From Patescibacteria group bacterium (GTDB lineage: Bacteria; Patescibacteriota; Minisyncoccia; Phycocordibacterales; Phycocordibacteraceae), in contig JAIELV010000001.1 of NCBI GenBank assembly GCA_019752595.1, positions 312,486 to 376,485 of the forward strand: DNA of 64,000 bases. Direction: 5' to 3'. A program made the translations under genes and the position numbers. The notes under the pieces were generated by a model. It saw only the letters and a program-made list of their open reading frames with translations, ran no database searches and had not been told where the DNA came from. Each line of letters begins with the position of its first letter. Positions within the stretch are counted from its first letter, which is position 1. Below are positions 18,704 to 28,739 of the stretch, one piece after another.

Positions 18704-21067
18704 ATGATACTCGTTATCGTAGAGTCGCCCGCAAAGGCGAAGACAATAGAAAAATACCTTGGAAAAGAGTACAAGGTGCTTGCATCTGTGGGTCACATCC
18801 GCGACCTTCCGAAATCAAACAAAGACGCTGTAGATATAGAGGACGGCTTTACCCCTCGCTACGTGGTATCCCCTGGCAAGGCAGAGGTTATACATAGAAT
18901 AGAAGAAGCAGCAAAAAAGGCCGACGAGGTACTCTTGGCAACAGACCCCGACCGCGAAGGCGAGGCTATCGCGTGGCACTTGGTAGAAGCTGCAGGCCTT
19001 AAAAAAGCAAAGCGCGTGGTCTTTAATGAAATCACCAAAGAAGCAGTTATTGAAGCTATCGGAAACCCGAGAAAAATTGACCAAGATTTGCGCAAGGCAC
19101 AGGAAGCGAGGCGCGTGTTGGACCGCCTTGTCGGCTACGACCTTTCGGGTCTTATTTGGAAGAAAGTACGCTACGGGCTTTCTGCGGGTCGTGTGCAATC
19201 CCCTGCGCTTCGTATATTAGTGGAGAAGGAGCGCGAGATACGCGCATTTCAGCCAGATGAGTACTACGTTATTACGGCGGACTTCACCACACCACTTGGA
19301 GACCAGTTCACTGCCACGTGTTCCGTGGAACCAAAAACTGCGGGCGAAGCAAAAGAAATTGTCGACATTGGGAAAAAAGGAACGTGGAGAGTGGGTGACG
19401 TCACCACCTCCCCTGTAAAGCGCTCGCCGAAGGCCCCCTTCTCAACATCAACACTTCAGCAGGCTGCATCCACGCGTCTTGGTTTTTCTCCGTCGCGCAC
19501 CATGCGTACTGCGCAGAAATTGTATGAAGCGGGATTGATTACCTACATGCGAACCGACTCCACAAACCTTGCTGCTGTGGCGGTTTCTGCAATCGCTGGC
19601 TACGTGAAAAAAGAATACGGTGAGAAGTATTTAGAGTTGCGCACCTACAAAACGAAATCAAAAAACGCGCAGGAAGCGCACGAAGCAGTCCGTCCCACTG
19701 ATGTCACCAAAAAACGCGCTGGTTCGACTGATGAGGAAGAAAAACTCTATGAGCTTATTCATGCGCGCACCGTGGCAAGCCAAATGACAGACGCAATCAT
19801 GACCCGTTCAAAAATCACTGCCGTCACCGAAGGTGCTCCTGAATTTTCAGTGACGGGTTCTGTAATCGCGTTTGACGGTTGGCTTGCGGCAGACCCAGAT
19901 GCGAAAGGCGAAGAAACAATTCTTCCTGTTGCAACAAAGGACGACATTCTAGATTTGAAACAGATTGAGTCGTTCCAGAAATTCACTCAACCACCAGGGC
20001 GCTACACCGAAGCAGGTTTGATTAAAGAATTGGAGAAGCGCGGTATTGGTCGCCCGTCTACGTTCGCTTCAACCATCAAAACACTCGTCGACCGTGAGTA
20101 CGTCCTCAAAGAAGGAAGAACACTTATCCCAACAGTGACTGGCGAAACGGTGTCTTCATTTTTGGAAGAAAATTTTGCTACCTACATCAGCGACTCATTC
20201 ACCGCTGAAATGGAGAACGAGCTGGACCAAATTGCCTCGGGCGAACGCGAATACGCACAGACCCTGAAAGAATTTTATGGGCCGTTTTCAAAAGACGTAG
20301 CCTCGAAAGCAGATATTGCAAAACTAACCACACTTGGGGATGCACCAAAAGAATTTCCTTGCCCTGACTGTGGTGCTGCGATGGTTATGAAGCTCTCTCG
20401 CATGGGCGTTTTCATGAGCTGTTCGCGCTTCCCTGACTGCAAAGGATCGCGCACTGAGAAAGGAGAAATTATAAAAGAGGGCGACCCTATTGGAGAACAT
20501 CCCAACACGGGGCATCCTATTTATGTAAAGTCAGGACGTTTTGGTCCATACGTTGAAATGCGCCCGCACGAAACCGCAGAAGAAAAAGAGGCTAAAAAAA
20601 TAAAGAAGGGCAAGAAGAAAGTAATAGCGGATATGCGCCGCGCATCCATACCTGCAGGCGTTGAGCCTGCTTCGGTTACGGTTGAGATGGCAACGAAATA
20701 TCTCTCTATCCCCCGCGAAACAGGTACTCACCCAGACACGGGCATGCCAATAACCGCAGGTACGGGTAGATTTGGACCATTCATTGTGCACAACGGCGAT
20801 TTCCGTTCACTAAAGGGCGCAGACAGTCCGTACGACATCACGCATGAACGTGCGCTTGAGATACTCAAAGAACCTAAGAAAGGTCGTCCAGGAGTATCAA
20901 TCGTTCGCGAGGTGGGCGAACACCCGAAAACGAAGAAGAAGATCTATCTCTATAAATCAAAGAGCGGATTCTTTTTGAAAAAGGGATTCAAGCACATTAC
21001 GGTGGCTGAGAGCAAAGCAGACACGCTCACGCCAGCTGAAGCAGTAGAGCTTTTGAAGGGCCGTTAA
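18704..21067 (+). CDS. topA: Type I DNA topoisomerase
   Basis: VIVESPAK, ATDPDREGEAIAWH, SAGRVQS, ITYMRTDS, one zinc ribbon plus C-terminal GRFGPY repeats. Confidence 0.97.
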   Translation: MILVIVESPAKAKTIEKYLGKEYKVLASVGHIRDLPKSNKDAVDIEDGFTPRYVVSPGKAEVIHRIEEAAKKADEVLLATDPDREGEAIAWHLVEAAGLKKAKRVVFNEITKEAVIEAIGNPRKIDQDLRKAQEARRVLDRLVGYDLSGLIWKKVRYGLSAGRVQSPALRILVEKEREIRAFQPDEYYVITADFTTPLGDQFTATCSVEPKTAGEAKEIVDIGKKGTWRVGDVTTSPVKRSPKAPFSTSTLQQAASTRLGFSPSRTMRTAQKLYEAGLITYMRTDSTNLAAVAVSAIAGYVKKEYGEKYLELRTYKTKSKNAQEAHEAVRPTDVTKKRAGSTDEEEKLYELIHARTVASQMTDAIMTRSKITAVTEGAPEFSVTGSVIAFDGWLAADPDAKGEETILPVATKDDILDLKQIESFQKFTQPPGRYTEAGLIKELEKRGIGRPSTFASTIKTLVDREYVLKEGRTLIPTVTGETVSSFLEENFATYISDSFTAEMENELDQIASGEREYAQTLKEFYGPFSKDVASKADIAKLTTLGDAPKEFPCPDCGAAMVMKLSRMGVFMSCSRFPDCKGSRTEKGEIIKEGDPIGEHPNTGHPIYVKSGRFGPYVEMRPHETAEEKEAKKIKKGKKKVIADMRRASIPAGVEPASVTVEMATKYLSIPRETGTHPDTGMPITAGTGRFGPFIVHNGDFRSLKGADSPYDITHERALEILKEPKKGRPGVSIVREVGEHPKTKKKIYLYKSKSGFFLKKGFKHITVAESKADTLTPAEAVELLKGR

Positions 21068-21285
21068 TTCTCCTCTCGGCTGTTTGATTGTTGCGAATAC
21101 GCGAGGAGTGCAAGATGTCGTGCGAATAATGATTCTGTCTCATCTGTAGTGACTTGCGCAGTAGTGTCTACTTCGCTCGCGAGCGCAAGCCTCTCAACTA
21201 CGTAATCCATCGCCTCCTGAAGTCCGCCGTGCGGACCCCCTCTTTTTTCATCTGCCATAGTGAAAGAGATTCTAGCACTACTCAT
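21064..21285 (-). CDS. Hypothetical small protein
   Basis: Short ORF convergent with topA; weak support. Confidence 0.35.
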   Translation of the reverse strand: MSSARISFTMADEKRGGPHGGLQEAMDYVVERLALASEVDTTAQVTTDETESLFARHLALLAYSQQSNSREEN

Positions 21286-21389
21286 TTCGTAGCGCTAGAC
21301 CTGCGCTGACACGCGCTATACACTGAGGGTAATGGTCGGCACTAAATGCCACTTCTTGTTTTCTAATTCGCTTCCCTCATAATAAAACA

Positions 21390-22910
21390 ATGGCGCACCC
21401 CACAGACGAAATAATTCGCGCGATGCATTCGCCAACAGCGAAAGATACAGAAATAATTCGTGACGCGTATGATTTTGCGGAAAAAGCGCATGGGGAGGAA
21501 AAACGAAAATCAGGCGAGCCGTACATCATCCACCCACGTGCAATCGCTATAACACTTGCAAAGCTCGGAATGGACCGTGACACTATTGTCGCTGGGATCC
21601 TGCACGACACCATAGAAGACACACCTGTAAAACTTGAAGAGATTGAGAAGCGCTACGGCACAAACGTCGCCACGATGGTTGAGGGCGTTACGAAACTTTC
21701 AAAGTTGAAATACCGCGGTGTTGAACGACACGTGGAGAGTATGCGTCGACTGTTGGTCGCGACCGCAAACGACGTGCGCGTCATCATCATCAAGCTTGCC
21801 GACCGCTTGCATAACATGGAAACACTGCAGTATGTTTCTGAAGAAAAAAGAGCACGTATTGCACTTGAAACTCGTGAGGTGTATGTACCAATTGCTGAGC
21901 GGTTGGGTATGGGACTTCTAAAAGCGCAGCTTGAAGATTTGGCATTTAAAAATCTTGAACCAGAAAAATACAAGGAAACGGCAACATTTCTCGAGGAACA
22001 GGGGCAGAAAGCAAAAGGAGCTCTTGATGAAAGTGTGAAAGATTTGCGAAAGGCGCTTGCGGAAACGGGAATAAAAAACTTCAGAACCGAATCTCGTATT
22101 AAAAACGTTCACAGCTTCTCAGCAAAACTTGAACGCAAAGACAACGATATCGACAAGGTGTACGACATATTTGCTGTCCGTATTATCGTGCCGACTTCAG
22201 ACGACTGTTACAAAACCCTCGGCGTTGTGCATTCACTGTGGCGCCCTATCCCAGGACGTGTGAAAGACTACATAGCAAACCCAAAACCGAATGGCTATCG
22301 TTCAATTCACACCACTATTCTCACCCCGCAAAAGATTATCCTCGAGGTGCAGATTCGCTCGGAAGACATGCAGAAAGAAAGCAAGTTCGGCATTGCTTCT
22401 CACTTTGCATACAAGGACCAAAATGTGACAGAAAAAGCGGCTTCTCTTGGTTGGGCATTGCAGTTTATTCCTTCCCTGATGCGTGTCGTTCGCGGTGCTG
22501 GCGCTCAAACCGCAGCGCCCTTGCCTCGCTGGCTATCCGAGTTAAACGAGGCGGCAAATGTGTTTCGTGAACAAAAAAGTTTTCAGAAGGCACTGAAGGA
22601 AGATTTTTTTGCAGAGCGCATGTTCGTCTTTACCCCAAAAGGAGACGTCATTGACCTCCCTGTCGGTGCAACGCCTGTAGATTTTGCCTATGCCATTCAC
22701 TCGGATATCGGCAACACGATGGTGGGCGCAAAAGTGAACAGTAAACTAGTACAACTCTCAACTCCGCTCAAAAATGGTGACATTGTAGAAATAAACACGA
22801 AGAAAAATGCGCATCCAAACAAGAAATGGATAGACTTCGCGAAAACATCTTCCGCAAAACATCACATCAGAAATACGATAAGTAGAATCGAATCGGGTCA
22901 GAAACCGTAA
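21390..22910 (+). CDS. rel: RelA/SpoT family (p)ppGpp synthetase/hydrolase (HD-SYNTH-TGS)
   Basis: RKSGEPYIIHP, LHDTIED, KLADRLHNM, KDYIANPKPNGYRSIH, EVQIR, FTPKG TGS domain. Confidence 0.93.
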   Translation: MAHPTDEIIRAMHSPTAKDTEIIRDAYDFAEKAHGEEKRKSGEPYIIHPRAIAITLAKLGMDRDTIVAGILHDTIEDTPVKLEEIEKRYGTNVATMVEGVTKLSKLKYRGVERHVESMRRLLVATANDVRVIIIKLADRLHNMETLQYVSEEKRARIALETREVYVPIAERLGMGLLKAQLEDLAFKNLEPEKYKETATFLEEQGQKAKGALDESVKDLRKALAETGIKNFRTESRIKNVHSFSAKLERKDNDIDKVYDIFAVRIIVPTSDDCYKTLGVVHSLWRPIPGRVKDYIANPKPNGYRSIHTTILTPQKIILEVQIRSEDMQKESKFGIASHFAYKDQNVTEKAASLGWALQFIPSLMRVVRGAGAQTAAPLPRWLSELNEAANVFREQKSFQKALKEDFFAERMFVFTPKGDVIDLPVGATPVDFAYAIHSDIGNTMVGAKVNSKLVQLSTPLKNGDIVEINTKKNAHPNKKWIDFAKTSSAKHHIRNTISRIESGQKP

Positions 22911-22930
22911 CTCTGCGTACGACCACCTCA

Positions 22931-22964
22931 CACTCCCTGATATGATATATCATATCAGGGAGTG
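22931..22964. repeat. 34-bp perfect palindrome (CTGATATGATATATCATATCAG core)
   Basis: CACTCCCTGATATGATA|TATCATATCAGGGAGTG; same 22-bp core at 28740..28761. Confidence 0.85.
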
Positions 22965-22976
22965 GTGCGGGTACGT

Positions 22977-23909
22977 TTATATAGAGAATTTCTCAACGGA
23001 AAACGTATCGTCATCCTCTTTTGGTAACGGCGCAGGGGCTTGCAGTTCTTCAGGTACAGAAAGTGAATTTTCGGTTTTTTCAGCTTCAGGAGCGTTTGAA
23101 ACGCGCGCGAGTATTGCTTCCAAATCTTCAGGCGAGAAGAAGTTAATAATCAATTTTCCTCCTTTTGCATCTTCCCTAATTTCCACTTGTGTCCCCAAAG
23201 ATTCTGCGAGTGCTTTCTCCATCGCCTGTATTTCAGGTTTTACTTCCTTCTTTCGAGCGCGATCCCAGGCAATTTCCCTGGTCAGTTTTTCAACTTCACG
23301 AACGGAAAGCTTTCTGGTTTGGATATCGCGAAACAAGGTCATCATCTCATCTTTGCGGTCCTCGAGCATAAGAAGCGCTCGTGCGTGCCCCTCGTAAATC
23401 AAGCCTGATTTCAACGCTCCCTGAATTTCGTCTGGCAATGAGAGGAGGCGCAAACTGTTTGAAACGTATTCACGGCTTTTACCTACTTTTTTTCCTATCT
23501 CAACGTTATTGAGATTAAATTCTTTTGCCAAACGTTCAAACGCACGCGCTCTGTCGATTGCATTCAGGTCTTCACGTTGCAAGTTTTCAATAATCGCAAT
23601 TTCAAGCTTGGTACGCTCGTTTTCTTCAGCAGAACGAATAATGACGGGAACCTGCGAAAGGCCTGCCATTTTCGATGCGCGCAATCGGCGTTCACCCGCA
23701 ATCAGTTCGTAGTACGTAGCAATTCCGCCGTCTTCCTTGGTTTCTTCATGACGCGTAACCGTCATTGGTTGCAAAACACCGTACTGGCGAATAGATTCCG
23801 AAAGATCCTTGAGACGTGCCTCATCGAACTCGGTTCTGGGCTGGTACGGGTTCGGGCGGACTTTTTCAACCTCTACCCAGAAAATTGCATCGCTTTGAAA
23901 CTGGCTCAT
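22977..23909 (-). CDS. parB: ParB/Spo0J partition protein
   Basis: PNPYQPR, GVLQP, IAGERRLRA, IENLQREDLN, HTH GKSREYVSNSLRLL. Confidence 0.95.
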   Translation of the reverse strand: MSQFQSDAIFWVEVEKVRPNPYQPRTEFDEARLKDLSESIRQYGVLQPMTVTRHEETKEDGGIATYYELIAGERRLRASKMAGLSQVPVIIRSAEENERTKLEIAIIENLQREDLNAIDRARAFERLAKEFNLNNVEIGKKVGKSREYVSNSLRLLSLPDEIQGALKSGLIYEGHARALLMLEDRKDEMMTLFRDIQTRKLSVREVEKLTREIAWDRARKKEVKPEIQAMEKALAESLGTQVEIREDAKGGKLIINFFSPEDLEAILARVSNAPEAEKTENSLSVPEELQAPAPLPKEDDDTFSVEKFSI

Positions 23910-23976
23910 TGCAAGATTTTAGCATGGAGATTTTTTACGAAATGCGCTACGATAACCGAACGCAAAAGCGTACCCT

Positions 23977-24058
23977 GCCCGGGTGGCGGAATTGGTAGAC
24001 GCGCACGACTCAAAATCGTGTTACGAAAGTAGTGTGGGTTCGATTCCCACCCCGGGCA
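23977..24058 (+). tRNA. tRNA-Leu(CAA)
   Basis: GCCCGGG/CCCGGGC acceptor, anticodon loop CTCAAAA, long variable arm. Confidence 0.95.
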
Positions 24059-24137
24059 CTGAAACGAAGACCGCGACAACGCTTGCTTTGGCAACGGTTG
24101 AGTGAATTGAACGAGTATGTACTCATACCACGGGCAC

Positions 24138-24175
24138 ACAATCAAAAAAGCTCCCTAGGGAGCTTTTTTGATTGT
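24138..24175. terminator. Bidirectional terminator (38-bp perfect palindrome)
   Basis: ACAATCAAAAAAGCTCCCT|AGGGAGCTTTTTTGATTGT between tRNA-Leu and a convergent ORF. Confidence 0.8.
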
Positions 24176-24736
24176 TTTCTCGTAAGGTCGGTTTTCAATT
24201 ATTCTGCGAGCGGTTTCGTTACTGAGTATGAATGTTGTAACACCATCAGTCAGCTTTACTTGTTCTCTATCGCCAAACTGACCGTAATATAAAGACTGCG
24301 CTTTATCACAAAGAGCACGGTCGTACGCTGACATATTCGTTCCTGAGCCTCGTAAATCTTTTGCAAAATATCGTATGTCGTTCACATGTAGCCCTGATGC
24401 AACCCCTCTAATTACATCAATCTGCACTCCTATATCAGAAATAGGAAAGCCAGAAAGTTCAGGATTCAAAGAAACGATTTCTTCATATAATGCTTTTATT
24501 CTTTCGTGACTGTCGACGGGAGGCTGTTCTCCCTTTATAGGGTAAAAATAATTTGCGAGATAATTAAGTTCAGCTGGGGAAAGACCTCCTAGATTCCACG
24601 ACTGACCGAATAGACGATCGATCATGTAGTTGTCCCTCTCTACCCTGCCTTTCATGGCAACCGATAACTCTGTAACAAAACGACCACGCAAAGAATCACT
24701 TGGAACTGCTGATTCAAGCGAAGAATCTCTTCTCAT
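24155..24736 (-). CDS. Hypothetical protein
   Basis: 193-aa ORF overlapping the pyrD stop (ATGA). Confidence 0.6.
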   Translation of the reverse strand: MRRDSSLESAVPSDSLRGRFVTELSVAMKGRVERDNYMIDRLFGQSWNLGGLSPAELNYLANYFYPIKGEQPPVDSHERIKALYEEIVSLNPELSGFPISDIGVQIDVIRGVASGLHVNDIRYFAKDLRGSGTNMSAYDRALCDKAQSLYYGQFGDREQVKLTDGVTTFILSNETARRIIENRPYEKTIKKAP

Positions 24737-25806
24737 GACGACTTATTTTTTCCCACGGCTTCGGAAATGCTTTTATATCCGTCTCGTTTCAGAAACACCG
24801 CAAGCCCCTCGTTTATCGCTCGTGCAATCAAAGGGCCTTCGTAAATAAAGCCTGTATAGACCTGCAGAAGCGACGCTCCTGCCTTTATTTTTTCGTACGC
24901 ATCTTCAGCGGTGAAAATACCCCCCACCCCAATAATCGGCATATTCGGTTTCTTCGAGTGAATGTACGAAATAATTTCAGTTGCCCGTTTCTTAATCGGT
25001 TCTCCTGAAAGCCCGCCTGCGGTTTCTGTTGCAGCGCGCGAAACACCAAGGCGTGCCACAGTAGTGTTGACTGCAATAATCCCGTCAATCTTTCCGTCTT
25101 CGCATACTTTGAGCACTTCATCTATTGCTTCATAGGAAAGATCGGGTGCGATTTTGACGAGCAACGGTTTTCGCACTTTCTGTGCATCGCGAAATTCGTT
25201 CATCATAGACACAATCTCAACAAGAAATTTTTTATCCTGTAACTCGCGTAACCCTGGGGTGTTGGGAGAACTGACATTAATTGCAAAGTAATCCCCGTGA
25301 TCGTACAAACGCTCGAGTGAAAAGCGATAGTCTGCCGCGGCGTCCTCCAGCTCTGTTCGTTTTGATTTGCCTATTGAAATACCTACCGGAATATTCATTT
25401 TGAGATGTGCCAAACGTCGGGACAGCGCCCCCGCCCCCTTGTTATTAAACCCCATTCGGTTCACTAGTGCGCGGTCACTGTCGAAACGGAAAATTCGCTG
25501 TCGTGGGTTGCCGTCTTGAGGATATTTTGTCACCGTCCCCAGTTCAAGAAAACCGAATCCTAAAGATTCCAAGCCTTTCGCAGAGCCGCCGTCTTTGTCG
25601 AGCCCTGCAGCAAGACCTACAGGATTTGGAAAATTAACCCCAAAAACCCTCTGTTGCAGTTCAAGCTTTTGTGTTTTTGCAACAAACGCAGTGAGTTGGG
25701 AAAACGGGAAAAGGCCTACAATTTTCAAAAAGAAAAGCGCGAGTTTGTGGGCCGTTTCAGGGTCTTTAATAAATAGAAACAATACCGATACAAAAAAGCG
25801 GTACAT
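24733..25806 (-). CDS. pyrD: Quinone-dependent dihydroorotate dehydrogenase (class 2)
   Basis: DPETAH, NPVGLAAGLDK, NRMGFNN, INVSSPNTPGLR, VKIAPDL, GGLSG. Confidence 0.95.
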   Translation of the reverse strand: MYRFFVSVLFLFIKDPETAHKLALFFLKIVGLFPFSQLTAFVAKTQKLELQQRVFGVNFPNPVGLAAGLDKDGGSAKGLESLGFGFLELGTVTKYPQDGNPRQRIFRFDSDRALVNRMGFNNKGAGALSRRLAHLKMNIPVGISIGKSKRTELEDAAADYRFSLERLYDHGDYFAINVSSPNTPGLRELQDKKFLVEIVSMMNEFRDAQKVRKPLLVKIAPDLSYEAIDEVLKVCEDGKIDGIIAVNTTVARLGVSRAATETAGGLSGEPIKKRATEIISYIHSKKPNMPIIGVGGIFTAEDAYEKIKAGASLLQVYTGFIYEGPLIARAINEGLAVFLKRDGYKSISEAVGKNKSS

Positions 25807-26609
25807 TAGCGATACAAGTTAATCTCGTCCCGTAATTTCTTTGCCTCGCGCGCAGGACTATCAGAAAAAATAATCGCCTTCGTGGAATTGATTATAAGCC
25901 CCATACCTTTACTGTTTTTGCCCGCCTGCATCACTGCCTGCACACTTCCGCCTTGCGTTCCGATACCAGGCACCAAAAGCGTCATGTCGCCCACTACAGA
26001 ACGGATGATTTTCATCTCTTCAGGGTATGTTGCGCCGACAACCAACATGCAGTTTCCGTTTTCGTTCCAGCCCGAAGCGACTTTCTCTGCAACTATCTGC
26101 CACATTTTTTTCCCGTTTGATTCGACATCTTGGAATTCTCCTGCCCCAGGATTTGATGTCCTACAGAGAACAATGGAGACTTTGTCTTTGCGCGAAAGAA
26201 ACGGCTGTACGCCGTCTTTGCCTAAGTACGGGTGGAGTGTGATTGCGTCAAAGCCAAGCACATCAAGTATGGCGCGCGCATACAGCTCGCTTGAGTAGCC
26301 TATATCTGCGCGCTTTGCATCACAGATGGTAAGGACGTCGGGAAATGCCTTCTCCAGATAATTTATGGTCATCTCCAACTCCAGCATCCCCTGCGCGCCA
26401 GCACCCTCATAAGACGCCATGTTTGGCTTAAACGCAGCTGCAAACTCTGCGGTCTGATCAATAATGTATTTATTGAACTCAAACTGCGGAAATTTCTGCG
26501 ACCTAAATGCCGAAGGAATTTTTTCGAGATCAGGATCAAGCCCAACGGATACTAATGAGCCTACTTTTTGAGCGCGTGTTTCGTACTTCAAAAGTGCGTT
26601 CATAGGCAA
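25806..26609 (-). CDS. pyrF: Orotidine-5'-phosphate decarboxylase
   Basis: VGLDP, FKPN, DAKRADI, CRTSNP, VVGAT, LVPGIGTQGG. Confidence 0.95.
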   Translation of the reverse strand: MPMNALLKYETRAQKVGSLVSVGLDPDLEKIPSAFRSQKFPQFEFNKYIIDQTAEFAAAFKPNMASYEGAGAQGMLELEMTINYLEKAFPDVLTICDAKRADIGYSSELYARAILDVLGFDAITLHPYLGKDGVQPFLSRKDKVSIVLCRTSNPGAGEFQDVESNGKKMWQIVAEKVASGWNENGNCMLVVGATYPEEMKIIRSVVGDMTLLVPGIGTQGGSVQAVMQAGKNSKGMGLIINSTKAIIFSDSPAREAKKLRDEINLYR

Positions 26610-26669
26610 ATCACTCTAACTACGTAGACTGTAACACACTGGGGCGCACCCCAGGAGTACTTCCAATTT

Positions 26670-27128
26670 CTAATCGCTGTGCTCAAGAAATTTAGGGCGA
26701 GCGCCCGTTTCTATGACTTCAAAACCGTTCGGGCGCTTCACCAAAAGCACGTCGACAGGCTGATCCCATGCCTTTCTCACGAGAGGTTCAGCAGAAAGTA
26801 AGTCTGGCGAAAGCACTCCTACTCGAAGCCACGTTTCAGGTACATGTGTCAGTAGCCTGTCGTACCATCCATGACCTCTGCCATGACGAGTACCTGAGAG
26901 GTCGAACTGACGGCCAGGCATGAATACCGCAACATCATTCTGTGGGTATGTGTCACGCAGTTCTTGTCCTACGTCCTCAGGTAATATTTCTTTTGAAGCG
27001 GGAATTAGAAATTCAGTGGGAGCAAGTCCGTGTGCGGAAAGAAATGATTCATAGGAAGGCTCATCCTGCATCGGCTCAAAACCGACCACAGACGCGTTTC
27101 GTAAGTATGATTCGAAAGTCGAGCTCAT
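26670..27128 (-). CDS. 5-formyltetrahydrofolate cyclo-ligase family protein (short)
   Basis: DEP, MPGRQFD..GTRHGRGHGWYDRLL, WDQPVD. Confidence 0.8.
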   Translation of the reverse strand: MSSTFESYLRNASVVGFEPMQDEPSYESFLSAHGLAPTEFLIPASKEILPEDVGQELRDTYPQNDVAVFMPGRQFDLSGTRHGRGHGWYDRLLTHVPETWLRVGVLSPDLLSAEPLVRKAWDQPVDVLLVKRPNGFEVIETGARPKFLEHSD

Positions 27129-27149
27129 ACTGCTACACCCTTTCAGGTT

Positions 27150-27788
27150 CTATATTTTACCAACGAGGTTCATGTCCCCGCCTTTCAAAGTGTCGTCGCC
27201 TGGATTCCATTCTGCAGGACATACCTGACCACCGTGTGCGCGCACAAACTGCGCCGCCTGAAGTTTTCTCAAAAGTTCTTTTGCCGAGCGGCCAATTGCG
27301 TTGTCGTGAATTTCCATCGTGCGCAATATGCCGTCGGGGTCCATGACAAACGTCCCGCGAAGCGCGAGGCCTTCGTCTTCTACATGATCAAGCCCGCCTG
27401 GTGCGATGTAGACACCGAATGCTTTTGCCAGTCTTCCTGCAGGGTCTGCAGCCATCGGGTACTGAATTTTTTTGATTGCGGGCGAGGTGTCGTGCCATGC
27501 CTTGTGTGTGAACACCGTATCTGCGGAAACGCTAATTACTTCTGCCTCAAGCTCCTGGAAACCTTTGTAGTGAACTGCAAGCTCTTCAAGCTCAGTGGGG
27601 CATACGAACGTAAAATCTGCAGGATAAAAAACCAAAATCACCCATTTGCCACGGTAATCCGAAAAACGAACTTCTTTTACTTTCTCATCATGAAATACCT
27701 CAAACTCGTAGTCGGGCACCACATGCCCTACTTTTACCTGGCTTACGAAGCCCGCAGAATCATTCAAATCAGCTGGTTCTTTAGACAT
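27150..27788 (-). CDS. ahpC: 2-Cys peroxiredoxin
   Basis: FYPADFTFVCPTE and VCPAEW. Confidence 0.95.
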   Translation of the reverse strand: MSKEPADLNDSAGFVSQVKVGHVVPDYEFEVFHDEKVKEVRFSDYRGKWVILVFYPADFTFVCPTELEELAVHYKGFQELEAEVISVSADTVFTHKAWHDTSPAIKKIQYPMAADPAGRLAKAFGVYIAPGGLDHVEDEGLALRGTFVMDPDGILRTMEIHDNAIGRSAKELLRKLQAAQFVRAHGGQVCPAEWNPGDDTLKGGDMNLVGKI

Positions 27789-27833
27789 AGCTTTAATTAC
27801 AGTAGTAACTCACGTAGTATAACATTATCGTCT

Positions 27834-28739
27834 ATGCAGAAAATTATTGTCATTGTAGGTCCGACCGCGTCAGGAAAGACCGCGCTTTCTATAGAGCTCG
27901 CACGCGCACTTGGACGCCTGCCTGCCGGTAGGCAGGGCGAGGTTATTTCAGCTGATTCGCGACAGGTGTACCGAGGGCTTGATGTGGGAAGTGGCAAAGT
28001 GACAAAGAAGGAAATGCGAGGTGTCCCCCACCACCTCTTGGATGTCGCGAACCCGAAAAAAGTGTACAGCGCATCAGATTTTGTCCGTGACGGGCGGGCC
28101 GCGATTTCTGAAATCGCGGCCCGTGGAAAAATTCCGATTATCGCGGGCGGAACTGGTTTTTACATCGACGCACTTCTCGGCACTATCCCGCTCACTGACG
28201 TCCCACCAAACCCTGCCTTGCGAAAAAAACTTGCGAAGTACTCATTGAAACAGTTGCAAACGAGGTTGAAAAAAGTAGACCCAAAACGCTTTAAAACGAT
28301 AGATACGAATAACCCTGTCCGCCTCGTGCGTGCGATAGAGATAGCCGCCGCGCTTGGAAAAGTACCAACGACGACTGGCAAAAAAATATATGACGCTTTT
28401 TTTATAGGCATTGGCATTTCTCATGAAAAACTAAAGGAAAAAATCCGTATTCGTCTATTCGCACGAATAAGGGGTATAGAGAAGGAGGCAAAAAAACTGC
28501 ACACACAGGGATTAAGCTGGAAGCGCATGGAAGAATTGGGGCTTGAGTATCGATACATGGCGCGGTATCTGCAAAAGAAAATATCGCGTGATGAACTGAT
28601 GGTGGAACTTGAAAAAGGAATTGTGAAGTACGCAAAACGCCAAATGACGTGGTTCAAGCGGAATACAGGTATTGTGTGGCTCAAACCACAAGATACAAAG
28701 CGCGCAATTCGAATGTCCCGTCAATTTCTGAACACATAA
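27834..28739 (+). CDS. miaA: tRNA dimethylallyltransferase
   Basis: GPTASGKT, ISADSRQVY, PHHLLD, GGTGFY, YAKRQMTWF. Confidence 0.96.
   Translation: MQKIIVIVGPTASGKTALSIELARALGRLPAGRQGEVISADSRQVYRGLDVGSGKVTKKEMRGVPHHLLDVANPKKVYSASDFVRDGRAAISEIAARGKIPIIAGGTGFYIDALLGTIPLTDVPPNPALRKKLAKYSLKQLQTRLKKVDPKRFKTIDTNNPVRLVRAIEIAAALGKVPTTTGKKIYDAFFIGIGISHEKLKEKIRIRLFARIRGIEKEAKKLHTQGLSWKRMEELGLEYRYMARYLQKKISRDELMVELEKGIVKYAKRQMTWFKRNTGIVWLKPQDTKRAIRMSRQFLNT
27917..27936. repeat. REP-like palindrome inserted in-frame in miaA
   Basis: CCTGCCTGCCGGTAGGCAGG, the reverse complement of 5590..5609; encodes (R)LPAGRQ(G). Confidence 0.8.

Noticed and set aside
22931-22964. Canonical parS next to parB
   Set aside because: No resemblance to TGTTTCACGTGAAACA; reported instead as an unexplained palindrome.
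27234-27833. Long N-terminal extension of MiaA in the ORF track
   Set aside because: Overlaps ahpC antisense; family homology starts at Met 27834.
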